Source: Chiloscyllium plagiosum (lineage: Eukaryota). Taken from it: a stretch of DNA of 64,000 nucleotides. The notes under the pieces are model-generated. The model did not search any database. It was not told where the DNA came from and saw nothing but the letters and a program-made list of their open reading frames with translations. Made by a program: the position numbers and the translations under genes. Positions 10,390 through 23,334 of this stretch are shown piece by piece (position 1 is the stretch's first letter; every line of letters starts with the position of its first letter). The stretch lies in assembly GCF_004010195.1 (NCBI RefSeq), contig NC_057719.1:89465403-89529402 (forward strand), written 5' to 3'.

Positions 10390-12175
10390 TAACTGTATCT
10401 TCAGGAGGCTCCTGATTGGAAAAACAAATCAAAGCAGTGATGTCACAGGAAAGTGGTGTATCAGTTGGTTCTTTTTTTTTAGAAAGTACACATTTTTAGA
10501 AGAAGGGCTTAACTGAGAAACAACAGGAATAAGTGAAAGTCAGGGCCAATGTAATAAAGAATTGTAAGTAAATTAGGGTAAAGGAGGTAAGGTAGCAGTA
10601 TACTTACATAAACCTCTTTTGTTTTAAAAAGAGTTGCACAAGGGCTTAAAAGAAGTCATGACAGCAGAGCTTGCACTTGTGATATGGTCTGGCAAATCAT
10701 GGAAGTTTCAGTTGTCCATGGTGAAGTGTTTCCAGTCGCAATTATTGCTGAATCATAGTTTGGAGCTGGAACTGCTGGTGAATTCACTGGAACATCTGCA
10801 GTGTTGAGCGTGTGGTGGATAGCATGTTTAGTGAGGTGCTCACACCTCAGGTGCAGATAGCAGACAGAAAAAGCATGGTTCTCCACCAGGCAGAGTAGAG
10901 GAGGCGGGTCATGCAGGAGTGCCCTGTGGCTTTCCCCCTTTCAAACAGATGACGTTTTGAATACCATTAGGGGAGATGACTGTATAGTAGCAGTGATAGC
11001 CAACTTGGTGTTTGGGTCTACTGCTCAACAGGGGTAAAAAAAATAAATGGCAAGGCTGCAATTGTAGGAGATTCAATTGTAAGGAGAACAGACTGGTATT
11101 TCTGTAGCTGCAGAAGAGACTCCAGGATAGTATGTTGCCTCCCTGGTGCCAGGAATGTCACTGAATAACTGTAGTGCATTCTGAAGGTGGAGGGCAAACA
11201 GACCAAGATCGTGATATATGTTGATGTTGACAATGTAGGCAGAAAAATGAATGAGGTCCTGAAAGCAGAATTTAGACAGCTAGGAAAAAGATTAGAGAAC
11301 AGGACCTTAAAGATAGTAATCTCTGAATTACTTCTGGTGCTACATGCAGGTAAGTATAGGAATTGCAGGATAGCCCAGATGACTCCATGGCTAGAGAGGT
11401 GATGTGGGAGGGAGGGCTTTAGATTTCTGGGATATTGGATATGATTTTGAGAGCGGTGGGAGCTGTACAGGGCAGATGTTGTTGCGCCTGAATCAGAAGG
11501 GGCGGCATGGTGGCTCAGTGGTTAGCACTACTGCCTCACAGCACCAGGGACCTGGGTTCGATTCCAGCCCCGGGTCTGTGTGGAGTTTGCACATTCTCCC
11601 GATGTCTGCTTGGGTTTCCTCCGGGTGCTCCAGTTTCCTCCCACAGTCCAAATATGTGCAGGTTAGGTGAATTGTTCATGCTAAATTCCCCGTAGAACTA
11701 GATGCATTAGTTAGAGGGAATGGGTCTGGGTGGGTTACTCTTCGAAGGGAGGTGTGGACTAGTTGGGCCGAAGGGCTTGTTTCCACACTGTAGGGAATCT
11801 GATCTAATCTAAAAATGGGACCAACATTCTTCCGGAGGTTTGCTCACGATGTTGGAGAGAGGTGAAACTGACTTGACAGATTCGGGAGCTAGACAGTACG
11901 TTCAACAAGGGAAGTGAATGGCGAAAATTTAAAGTGACAGCAAGTGAGTCAGGAAGGTATAGACATTATGGGTCAGTTAAGGTACAGGGGCAGGTTGGAT
12001 CTCAATGCTATGAGTCTGACAAACAAGGCAGATGAGTTGAAAGCACAAATTAAAACATGGAGTTATGATATAATTGCTGTCACTGAGACATGGTTGAGAG
12101 AAGTGCGGGACTGGCAGCTGAATATTCGAGGATACACGGTGTTGAGGCAGGACAGAGAAGGAGGTAAAAGGGCAG
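10390..12175 (+). mobile_element. Old CR1 LINE 5' portion (ORF1 esterase-like and ORF2 start)
   Basis: VGDSIVR, CCLPGARN and LNAMSLTNKADELKAQIKTWSYDIIAVTETWL. Confidence 0.75.
11500..11811 (+). mobile_element. HE1-type SINE inserted in CR1 ORF1
   Basis: A/B boxes, core and tail present. Confidence 0.85.
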
Positions 12176-12719
12176 GAGCCAGTTATCTCAGTTGGTTGCA
12201 TGACATGTTTATGATGCAGACTGATGCCTGATAGTGTAGTTTCAATTTCCATTTCTGTGGAAGGATTCTGCTTTGCAACCACATCTCTTGTCTCAGGTTA
12301 AACAAGCATCAGTTATCTTTCTCTAATGAGAAAGCAGCCCTTTGGTCAAGTAAAACAATGAATTTATTGAATGGTAAAATGATAAAACTTGTCAACTCAG
12401 CAACATGAAAAGCCTTTAATTGTGTCCCATACAATAGCCTTTTTGAAAGATTAGGGGTTCTGATAACAATGGCTATATCTGATGGATTGAGAACTGATTG
12501 GGAGTTCTCATGCTATGTAATTTTGGATTGTTTATATTTGATTGTTCACTGATGGTGTCTCGCAGGAATTGATGTTATCAGTTATTATCCATTTATTACT
12601 TATCAGTGATCTAAATGAAGGGATTGTGGGCATGACTTACACGTTTTCAGATAATAGAAAGTGTTGCGAAAGTGATGGAACTGTGGATGATTCAGCAGTT
12701 TCAGGTGGATCTTGATTTA

Positions 12720-14880
12720 TAGAAGAGCAAACTACTGCAGATGCTAGAACCTGAACTGAAAATAAAAGAATAGTGGAAATCACAGCGGGTCAGGCACCAT
12801 CCTTGGAGGGAGAACAAGCTAAAGTGTTGAGTCTCGTTGACTCTTCTTCAGAGCTCTGTGATTTTCAGCATTTCTTGTTACCTTGATTTATAGAAGATTG
12901 GGCTCATGGCTGACATGCTAATCTGGGGGACAAAAGATCCCAACCTCTCTCTGAGGATCCGTTCTTCCAACTCCAACCTTCCTCCTCCACTTGCCCACCC
13001 CACTGCTGACCTGATACCCATCCTAGACCCCTTCATTGCTGACTGCCGATGTGACGTCGGAAGCCTCAATTTCTCCACACTCCTCAACCACTCCCACCTC
13101 ACCCCCAACAAATGTGCAGCACTCTGCACCAACCACTGGTTCACCATCAAACTCACGGATAAAACAGGTAGTCTGGAGAACAGACCTCAATGTCGCAGAG
13201 GCCAAATTCCAACTCTCCGACACCATATCCTATCTCTTTAGTTCCCTGGCCCCCAGTGCTTTATCTTCACTATGGACGTGCGGTCCTTATACACGTTCAT
13301 ACCCCATAAGGATGGCCTCCATGCCTTCCACTTCTTCCTCTCCATCAGACCTATCCAGTCCCTCCTCTGCCTCGCCGAACTGGTCCTCACCCTTAAAACT
13401 TTTCCTTTAACTCCCTCCATTGTCTCCAAATCCAGGGGGTTGCCATGGGCACCCAGATAGGCCCCAGCTACGACTGCCTTTTTGTTGGCCATATCGAACA
13501 GTCCCTCTTCCATCCCTACACAGCACTGTGCTCCAATTCTTCCGCCCTTACATCGATGACTGCATCGGCGCAGTGTCCTGCACCCAGGCTGAACTGGAGC
13601 AGTTCATAGACTTCACCCAAGACTTCCACCCCATCCTCAACTTCACTTGGTCCATCTCAGACACCTCTTTCCCCTTTCTCGACCTCTCCATTTCCATCTC
13701 CAGTGACAATCTGCAAATGGATTTTTGCTACAAACCCACAGACTCCCATAACTACCTGGACTACACCTCCTGCCACCCAGTATCCTGTAAGAACTCCATC
13801 CTGTTCTCCCAATTTGATCTGCTCAGACAAGGAGATGTTCCCAAGCATACCAGATATCCATCTATTTCGAACAATGTGCTTTTCCTGTCTCTGTCATCCA
13901 GTTAGCCCTCCATTCTCCACTCCACTGTTCTGAACCCATCCCCCTCCAAATGCAATAGGGACAGAGTCCTCCTTGTCCTCACCTACCACCCTACCAGTCT
14001 CCGCATCCAACCCATCATCTTTAAACCCTTCTGGCAACTGCAACTAGACCCTACCACCAAGAACATCTTCCCTTCCCCACCTCTGTCTGCATTCCGCAAG
14101 GACCGTTCCCTTCGACATTCCTTGGTTTGTGCCACTCACCCCACCAAACCGCCCAAACTCCCAGGTACCTTCTGCAACCGGAAAAGATGCAAAACCTGCC
14201 AGCACACCACCCCCTCACCTCCATCCCGGGCCCCAGACAGTCCTTCCAGGTGAGACAGAGGTTCATCTGCCTCTCTTCCTTACTGCATCAGGTGCTTCTG
14301 ATGTGGTCTTCTCTACATCGGGGAGACCAAGCACAAACTTAGGGAATGGATCGCTGAGTATCTCAGCTGGGCCTGCAGGGGCTAACTGGACCTCCCAGTC
14401 ACTGCCCATTTTAATTCCCCTTGACAGTCCCTTTCCATCATAACTATTCTTGGCCTCCTCCATTGCCACAACAAACCAAACTGCAAATTGGAGGAACAAC
14501 ACCTTATCTTCCGTCTGGGTAGCCTACAGCCCAGAGGACTCAAAATTGAGTTCTCCAATTTCAAATAACCTGCCTCTCCACCTCCTGACTCCCTTCCCAG
14601 CCCCTCCCCTTCCTTTCACTCCTCTCTACCACTCATTCCTCCCATTGACCAATCAGGTCATACCCTCTGCCTGTCTTCACCTCTCTCCACTTCACCACTC
14701 TGCCCCCTCCACCCCCTTTATCTGCAGCTCTCCCCAAATCCCACCCAGCAGTCCTGAAGAAAGGTTACTCCTGAAACGTCGACTTCTCCACCTCCTGATG
14801 CTGCCTGGGCTTGTTGTTTTCTTCCAGCCCCCTGCCTGTCTACTTTAGATTCCAGCATCGCAGTTTTTTTGTCTCTAATC
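12720..14880 (+). mobile_element. Decayed Penelope-like retroelement (RT plus GIY-YIG endonuclease, probably Neptune-type)
   Basis: Frameshifted motifs MDVRSLYTFIP, GVAMGTQIGPSY, YIDDCIG (13549-13569) and YKPTDSHNYLDY. Cys linker GTFCNRKRCKTC, then CGLLYIGETK (14302-14331). 3' hammerhead present; inverted tail-like segment at 12720-12875. Confidence 0.88.
14750..14784 (+). ncRNA. Minimal type I hammerhead ribozyme motif in the PLE 3' terminal repeat, intact
   Basis: AGTC-CTGAAGA-A-AGG(TTACT)CCT-GAAA-CGTC-GACT. Stem I AGTC/GACT; lies about 200 nt after the GIY-YIG coding end. Confidence 0.82.
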
Positions 14881-15471
14881 TGGGGGCGAGGCAGAGTTTA
14901 TCTGAGAATGATGTCGTGTTCTGGACATGTCCAGGACAAATGATGAGCGTAGCTTTCAGGACATTAAATAATATTAAAATGGAGAGATAGGGACATTGCA
15001 GTAGCTGGCTGTCAAACATTCATGAACAGTCCCCTGAAACAATAATCACAGTAAATGAAATCCGAAAGTGGATTTGTAGCACAGTTAACAATCTAAGACA
15101 AAAGCTTATAATTTGGTCTTTTATGCGACTATGGCAGACCTCAATTGAGTACTGTGACCTGTGTTATATCCCCCACATAGGTATTGATTGCAAAGTTTTT
15201 GAAAGGGTGCTGAGAGAGTTTACCAGACTTGTGTGGGGTTTAAAACATCTTTGAACCTATCTAGGTAATGGAACTGAAACCCCTCATTGCAAACTTCCCC
15301 CATTACATAGACATAGGGCAGAAGGGAGTAGATTGCGTTATAGTTTTTTTGGACTGTGTAAGATCAGGGGTACATTCATCTAAGATTAACTTTAGATTTC
15401 ATCTCGGGGTGGGGGGTGGGGAAACAGAACAATGGGCCTTTGGACTACTGTAGTTCCAACTGAGGGCATAA

Positions 15472-17730
15472 AACATAGAACATTACAGGGCAGTACAGGC
15501 CCTTTGGCCTTCGATGTTGTGTGACCTGTGGAACCAATCTGAAGCCTATCCTACACTATTAAATTTTCATCCATATGTTTATCGAATGACCATTTAAATG
15601 CTCTTAAAGTTGGCGAGTCTGCTACTGTTGCAGGCAGGCCGTTCCACACACCTACTACCTCTGACATCTGTCCTATATCTATCACCCCTCAATTTAAAGC
15701 TATGTCCCCTCACGCTAGCCATCTCCATCCAAGGAAAAAGGCTGTCACTTTCCACCCTATCTAACTCTCTGATTATCTTATATGTCTCAATTAAGTCACC
15801 TCTCAACCTTCGTCTCTCTAACAAAAACAGCCTTAAGTCCCTCAGCTTTTCCTCATAAGACTTTCCTTCCATACCAGGCAGCATCCTAGTAAATCACCTC
15901 TGAACCCTTCCTAAATCTTCCACATCCTTCTTATAATGCGGTGACCAGAACTGTATGCAATACTCCAAGTGCGGCCGCACCAGAGTTTTGTACAGCTGCA
16001 ACATGACCTTGTGTCTCCGAAACTCGATCCCACTAACCAATAAAAGCTAACACACCATATGCCTTCTTAACAACCCTACCAACCTGGTGGCAATTTTCGG
16101 GGATCTGTGTAGATGGATGCCGAGATCTGTCTGCTCATCTACATTGCCAAGACTCTTACCATTAACCCAGTACTGTTTATTCCAGTTGCTCCTTCCAAAG
16201 TGAATCACCTCACACTTTTCCAACTTAAAATCCATTTGCCACCTCTCAGTCCAGCTCTGCAGCTTATCTATGTCCCTCTGTAACCTGCAACATCTGTCGG
16301 CACTGTCCACAACTCCACTGACCTTTGTATCATCCGCAAATTTACTAACTCATTCTTCTATGCTCTCATCCAGATCATTTATAAAAATGTCAAACAGCAG
16401 TGGGTGCAAAACAGATCTTTGTGACACACCACTAGTAACTGAATTCCAGGATGAACATTTCCCATCAACCACCACCTTTCAGCCAGCCAATTTCCAAGCC
16501 AAACCGCTAAATCACTCTCAATTCCATGCCTCTGTATTTTCTGCAATAGCCTACCATGGGGAGCCTTAGTAAACACTTTTGTGAAATCTATATACACCAC
16601 ATCAACTGCTTTACTCTCATCCATCTGCTTAGTCACCATCTCAAAGAACACAATAATGTTTGTGACGCACATCCTACCTTTCACAAAACCGTGTTGACTA
16701 TCCCTAATCAACTTATTCCTTTCTAGGTGATCTCTTATGACCTTTTCCAACATTTTACCCACAACCGAAAACTCACTGGTCTATAACTACCAGAGTTGTC
16801 TCTACTCTTCTTGAACAAGGGGACAACGTTTGTGATCCCTCAGTTTTCTGCCACTATTCCTGTAGACAATGACGATGATCAAAGCCAAAGGCTCTGCAGT
16901 CTCCTCCCTGGCTTCTCAAAGAATCCTTGCATAAATCCCATCCGGCCCAGGTTACTTAGCAATTCTGGAAAGTGTGAAAATAGATAACATCTCCTCCTTG
17001 TGACCCTCAATCCTGCCTAGTCTAGTAACCTGTATCTCTGTATTCTTCTCGACAACATTGTCCTTTTGCAGTGTGAATACTGACAAAAAATATTCATTTA
17101 GCACTTCTTCTATCTCTTCGGACTCCATGCACAACTTCCCACGACTATCTGTGATTGGCCCTATTCTTTCTCTCATCATTCTTTTTATTCCTGATATACC
17201 TATCAAAGGTTTTAGAGTTTTCCTTGATTGTATCCTTCTTATATCCCTTCCTGGATCTTCTTAGTTCCCTCTTTAGGTCCTTCCTGGCTAACTTGTAACT
17301 CTCAAACACCCTAACTGACTCTTCACATCTCATCCTAACATAAGCCTCCTCCTTCCTCTTGACAAGAGATTCAACTTCTTTCGTAAACCACGGTTCCCTT
17401 GCTCGACCACGTCCCTGAATGACAGGTACATGCTGATCAAGGACACACAGTAGCTGGGTCCTTGAAATAAGCTCCACGTTTCAGTTGTGCCCACACCCTG
17501 CAGTTTCTATCCCCATTGTATTCATCCTAAATCTTGCCTAATCACATCATAATTGCCTTTCCCCCAGCAATGATTCTTACACTGCAGTATATATCTATCC
17601 TGTTCCATTCGCTAAAGTAGACATAACTTAATTGTGGTCACTGTCACCAAAGTGCTCACCTACCTCCAAATCTGTCAACTGGAGGGGTTCATTACCCAGT
17701 AGTAAGTCCAATGTGGCCCACCCCTTGTTG
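15472..17730 (-). mobile_element. CR1 LINE ORF2 3' portion, decayed
   Basis: Minus-strand QHGFVKGRMCVTN, VDVVYIDFTKVF, LERRRLRGDLIETYKI; (CATAGAA) tail at the left end. Confidence 0.9.
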
Positions 17731-18479
17731 AAGCGTTAGGATTGAGCAACAAATGTTGATCTTGCCCACTTGCAGTGAAAGAAGGTAAGAGAAGGAACAA
17801 GCTTGTGGAGTGGATATGGCTTCTCTGACTTTTTTTACGTGAACGAGTAATTAATAGTGATGATACAGACCAGAATGATCACCCAGAATGCAGAGGAATT
17901 CGAATGATTGGAGTTCCAACCTTTTAATATTTGCTCATATCCTCTCTAACTGGGATAATCTGTGTAAATCTTCACTGAACTACCTCCAGCAAAATATTAT
18001 CTTTTCGTAAATAAGGGGACCATAAATGATAACAGTTCTCCAGAAGAAAAAAACAGAGGTTACTGGAAAAACTCAGCCGGTCTGGCCGTGGACCTGAAAT
18101 GTTAACTTTGATTTCTTTTCAAAAACGCTGCCATACCTGCAAAACATTTCCAGCATCTTCTGTTTTTGTTGCTGATTTACAGCATCTGCAGTTGTCTTTG
18201 GTTTTAATAGATCTCCAGATGTGGTCTCACTAGCATTTTGCACTTGGAAGCAGGAAGCCTCTTATCAGGGCCAGCATTCCATTAGCTTTCTATTATCAGC
18301 TGAACTTTTATGCTAGCTGTCTGTGTTTTGTGCACAAAGACCCCCAAGTCTCTATAGCAGCTTTCTGCAGTTTTTCCTCCATTTGAAAAATCTTTTTTCT
18401 CTTCCAAATTAAGAACTTTACATTTTCTCATATTTTCCCACAACGCATATCATTTGTCAATGTTTTGCCCACTTATTTG

Positions 18480-20512
18480 GATGATCACCTTATTGAGATT
18501 GTATTATAGACCCCCTGTAGTCAGTGGGAAATTGAGAAACAAACTTGTAAGGAGATCTCAGCTATCTGTAAGAATAATAGGGTGGTTATGGTAGAGGATT
18601 TTAACTTTCCAAACATAGACTGGGACTGCCATAGTGTGAAGGAATTTGTTAAGTGTGTACAAGAAAAATTTTCTGATCCGGTATGTGGATGTATCTACTT
18701 GAGTAGGTACAAAACGTGACTTACTGTTGGGGAATAAGGCAGGGCAGGTGACTGAGGTGTCACCTCAGTGGGGGAGCACTTTGGAGCCAGCGATCATAAT
18801 TCTATTAGATTTAAAATAGCGATGGAAAAGGATAGACCAGATCTAAAAGTTGAAGTTCTAAATTGGAGAAAGGCCAATTTTGACGGTGTTAGGCAAGAAC
18901 TTTCAAAAGCTGATTGGGGGCGGATGTTCGCAGGTAAAGGGACGGCTTGAAAATGGGAAGCCTTCAGAAATGAGATAACGAAAGTCCAGAGAAAGTATAT
19001 TCATGTTAGGGTGAAAGGAAAGGTTGGTAGGTATACGGAATGCTGGATGACTAAAGAAATTGAGGGTCTAGTTAAGGAAAAGAAGGAAGCATATGTCAGA
19101 TATAGACAGGATAGATTGTGTGATTCCTAAGAGTATAAAGAAAGTAGGAGTATACTTAAGAGGGAAATGAGGAGGGAAAAAGGAGACATGAGATAGCTTT
19201 GGCAAATAGAATTAAGGAGAATCCAACGTGTTTTTAAAAATTAAGGACAAAAGGGTAACTGGGGAGAGAATAGGGCCCCTCAAAGATCAGCAAGGCGGCC
19301 TTTGTGTGGAGCCGCAGAAAATGGGGAGATGCTAAACAGGTATTTACATCAGTATTTACTGTGGAAAAGGATATGGAAGATATAGAATGTAGGGAAATAG
19401 ATGGTGACACCTTGAAAAATGTCCATTTTATAGAGGAGAAAGTGTTGCATGTCTTGAAACGCATGAAGGTGGATAAATCCCCAGGACCTGATCAGGTGTA
19501 CCCTAGAACTCTGTGGGAAGTTAGGGGTGTGATTGCTGGGCCTTTTGCTGAGATATTTGCATCATTGATAGTCACAGGTGAGATGCCAGAAGACTGGAAG
19601 TTGGCTTAAGAAAGGTGGTAAGGACGAGCCAGGGAACTATAGACCGGTGAGCCTGACCTCGGTGGTAGGCAAGTTGTTGGAGGGAATCCTGAGGGACAGG
19701 ATGTACATTTATTTGGAAAGGCAAGGACTAATTAGGGATAGTCAAAATGGCTTTGTGCGTGGGAAATCATGTCTCAAACTTGATTGAGGTTTTTGAAGAA
19801 GTAAAATAGAGGATTGATGAGGGCAGTACGGGAGATGTGACCTATATGGACTTAGTAAAGCATTCAACAAGGTTCCCCATGGGAGACTGATTTGCAAGGT
19901 TAGATCTCATGGAATAAAGGGAGAACTAGCCATTTGGATACAAAACTGTCTCAAAGGTAGAAGACGGAGGGTGGTGGTGAAGGGATGTTTTTCAGACTGG
20001 AGGCCTGTGACCAGTGCAGTGCCACCAGTGGGTCCTTTACCTTTTGTTACTTACATAAATGATTTGGATCTGAGCATAAGAAGTATAGTTAGTAAGTAAG
20101 GAAGTTTGTAGATGACACCAAAATTGGAGGTGTAGTGGACAGTGAAGAGGGTTACCTCAGATTACAACAGGATTTTGATCAGATGGGCCAATGGGCTGAG
20201 AACTGGCAGATAAATGTGAGGTGCTGCATTTTGGGAAAGCGAATCTTAGCAGGACTTATACACTTAGTGGTAAGGTCCGTGGGAATGTTGCTGAACAAAG
20301 AGGCCTTGAAAGTGGAGTTGCAGGTAGATAGGATAGTGAAGGCGGCGTTTGGTATGCTTTCCTTTATTGGTCAGAGTACTGAGTACAAGAGTTGAGAGCT
20401 CATATTGTGGCTGTACAGGGAATTGGCTAGGCCACTGTTGGAATATTGCGTGCAGTTCTGGCCTCCTTCCTATCGGAAAGATGTTGTGAAACTTGAAAGG
20501 GTTCGGAGAAGA
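18480..20512 (+). mobile_element. CR1 LINE ORF2 fragment
   Basis: GEHFGASDHN, KSPGPDQVYPR, PGNYRPVSLTSVVGKLLE, FVDDTK. Confidence 0.88.
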
Positions 20513-21434
20513 TCCCAGTGGAACTCCAGTGCCAGTGTGAAAAAGATTCCCTTAACCCGACTCACCATTTCCGCCCATTAGCCAGTACTCAATCCATCCC
20601 AATGTACTATCTTGAAAACAATAGGACTTTCCCTTATCACTTAACCTTTTGTGAGGTACCTTGCTGAATGTTGGATATCCAAATACACAACACCAACAGA
20701 TATTATCAATCCAATTTGGTGGAGACTTTCTTGAAAAGTTTGAGTCCAAACCTTTCCATCTATACATGTTAGGTTAATCAGCCTATAATTCCCCACTCTC
20801 TGCCTCCCTCCCTTTCTTGAATGAGGCGTCACATTGGCAGATTTCCCATCCTCTGATGCATCTTCAGAATCCAAGGATTTTTGGAAAATGAAAAGCAATG
20901 CATCCATTTTCTCTGTTGCTACCTCTTTCAGGTCCTAGGATTCAGTCCATAAGGGCCAGGGGACTTTAAGAATCATAGAATCTTCACAGTGCAGATTGGC
21001 TTGTCAAGTCTGCACCAGCCCTTTGAAGAGCATCCCACCCCCTACCCTGATCCCTTAACCCCGCATTTACCATGGCTAACCCACCTAGCCTGCACATCAC
21101 TGGATGTTATGGATCAGCTTAGCATGGCCAATCTACCTAACCTGCAAATCTTTCAACTTGCCTGCCATGGCTACGCAGTGTTAAATAGAGTTGTATGACA
21201 GCCTGTTCTTAGCATTAGTGGATGATTGGTATATGTTTGTCAATGCTGTGCAGCTCAGGAAAATGTTTAGGAGATACATTTGTTATTTTTCAAAAATATA
21301 TGCTTAAGTTTTGTTCCAGTAATGTTCAAGTCTGAAATGCATTTTTTTGTGTTGCTTTAACATGCAAGTATGAAATCCTGTCATTTTAGTTGAATTTGCA
21401 GAAGTAATCTCAGTTTGCCAACTGTATTTTTTAG

Positions 21435-21939
21435 GTGGCAGATGAAGAGGAATTCATTCAGAAACTCGGCTGCAAAGCAGATGAAAACCTCAAAGTAGTT
21501 TCAATCTTTGGCAACACAGGTGATGGCAAATCTCATACCCTTAATCATACCTTTTTCTACGGGCATGAAGTTTTCAAGACCTCCCCTGCTCAGGAATCCT
21601 GCACAGTTGGTGTGTGGGCAGCTTATGATCATGTTCATCATATTGTTGTCATTGACACTGAAGGCTTACTGGGAGCAACAGTCAACCTTGGTCAAAGAAC
21701 AAGATTGCTCCTCAAAGTACTTGCAATATCTGATATAATTATTTACAGAACTCGTGCAGACAGATTACACAATGACCTCTTTAAGTTTCTCAGTGACGCA
21801 TCTGAAGCCTACCTTAAACATTTTACAAAGGAGTTGAAAGCTACCACTGCAAGATGTGGATTGGATGTTCCATTATCTACTCTGGGACCATCAGTCATAA
21901 TCTTCCATGAGACAGTGCATACTAAATTATTGGGATCTG
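21435..21939 (+). CDS. ZFYVE1: ZFYVE1 coding exon 2 (P-loop NTPase domain, GBP/atlastin-like fold)
   Basis: Acceptor TATTTTTTAG|GTG. Encodes VADEEEFIQKL..VVSIFGNTGDGKSHTLNH (Walker A)..VIDTEGLLG..IIFHETVHTKLLGS. Donor TCTG|GTAAG; 505 nt, ends phase 1. Confidence 0.96.
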
Positions 21940-23334
21940 GTAAGGTGTACAATAATCTTCTGTTGTTCAATTAGAATATTATACAACCAGATCTTGATTT
22001 TTGTTTCATTCGGAAATGAAGTTAATAGATGTTTGAACAAGTACATCCAAGTTTGCCTTTTCTGACTATATTGCATGCATTCATGAATGGTGCTAAGGCT
22101 GTTACTTTTGGTCTTGAAAAGTGACTAATGTACTTTGGATGATATGGGATAGAATGCGGAGGATTCTCTAAAGTTTGAATAACAAGTGAAGTTTCTACTA
22201 TGTAGTAACAGCATGAGTGTTGTTTACCATCACAGGATGTTTCTGTCAAACCAAAAGATGTTTTTGCCCACCACAGGATTAAGTAATGTGATCACTGGAC
22301 AGTGTTAGTATGATGTCAAGTATGAATGAATTGTTTAAAAACAGCACTAACTTCAGAACTTTGAATTATGATCAAAAGTATGGTCCTGCATTATTTTGCA
22401 CATTTGTTTGTGTTGTCTTAATGTAGAAATTAGTTGCTTCAGATTTGAGTGGATTGTTTTAATGATCCCAGGACAAAGTGAAAGTGCTATTTTATGCTAA
22501 TCATTTTAAGTTAGTAGCGCCAAACCTACATTTCCTTCTATGATTCCTAACGAGAAGCAGCCAGTGTTCTGGCTTGCTTGAGGGCTTTCCAGTGGATAGG
22601 TTAGGTTGTTCAACTCCTCGAGCCTACCCATGCAAATAATTCAGATCGTGGTTGATCAGACAGTAATACAAATTCTACTTTCCTGTCTATCCTCATGACC
22701 TTTAATCAAGGCTAGGAATCAAAGCTGTTGGTTGGATTTGCACCATATCCACTTTGAATATTCACTCCTTCCACCAGTGCTGCACAGTGGCAACAATGTA
22801 TACCATATAAAAAATGTACTGCACTAGCTCAGTCATGCTATTCTGACAGAGCTTTCTAAAAAGAACACTAGACTAGGAAATTCTCCTCTAAACCACATTC
22901 TGTCCTGATCTGGAAATGTATTGCGATTACTTCACTATTGCTTGGTCAAAATACTAAAACTCCCTGGGTTTGTATCTATGACTCATGGACCGCAGCAGTT
23001 CAAGAAAGTAGCTCACGATCACCTTCTCTTGGGCAGTTAGGTATATTTATTTGGGGCTTACTAAAGTAGATAAGTCCCGGAGTGCTGTTGGGATCCTTTC
23101 TGGAATATTGTGGGAGGCAAGAGAACAAGTTGTTGGAGCACTAAGAGGCATCTTTGTATCTCGTTGGCCACAGGTGAGGTCCCAGAGGACTGGAGAATAG
23201 CCAGTATAGTCCCATTGTTTAAGAAGGGTAGCAGAGATAATCCAGGAAATTACAAGTCTGTGAGCGTCACGTTGATAGTAAGGAACTTACTTGAAAAGGT
23301 TCTCAGGAGCAATATCTATATGTATTTACAAACA

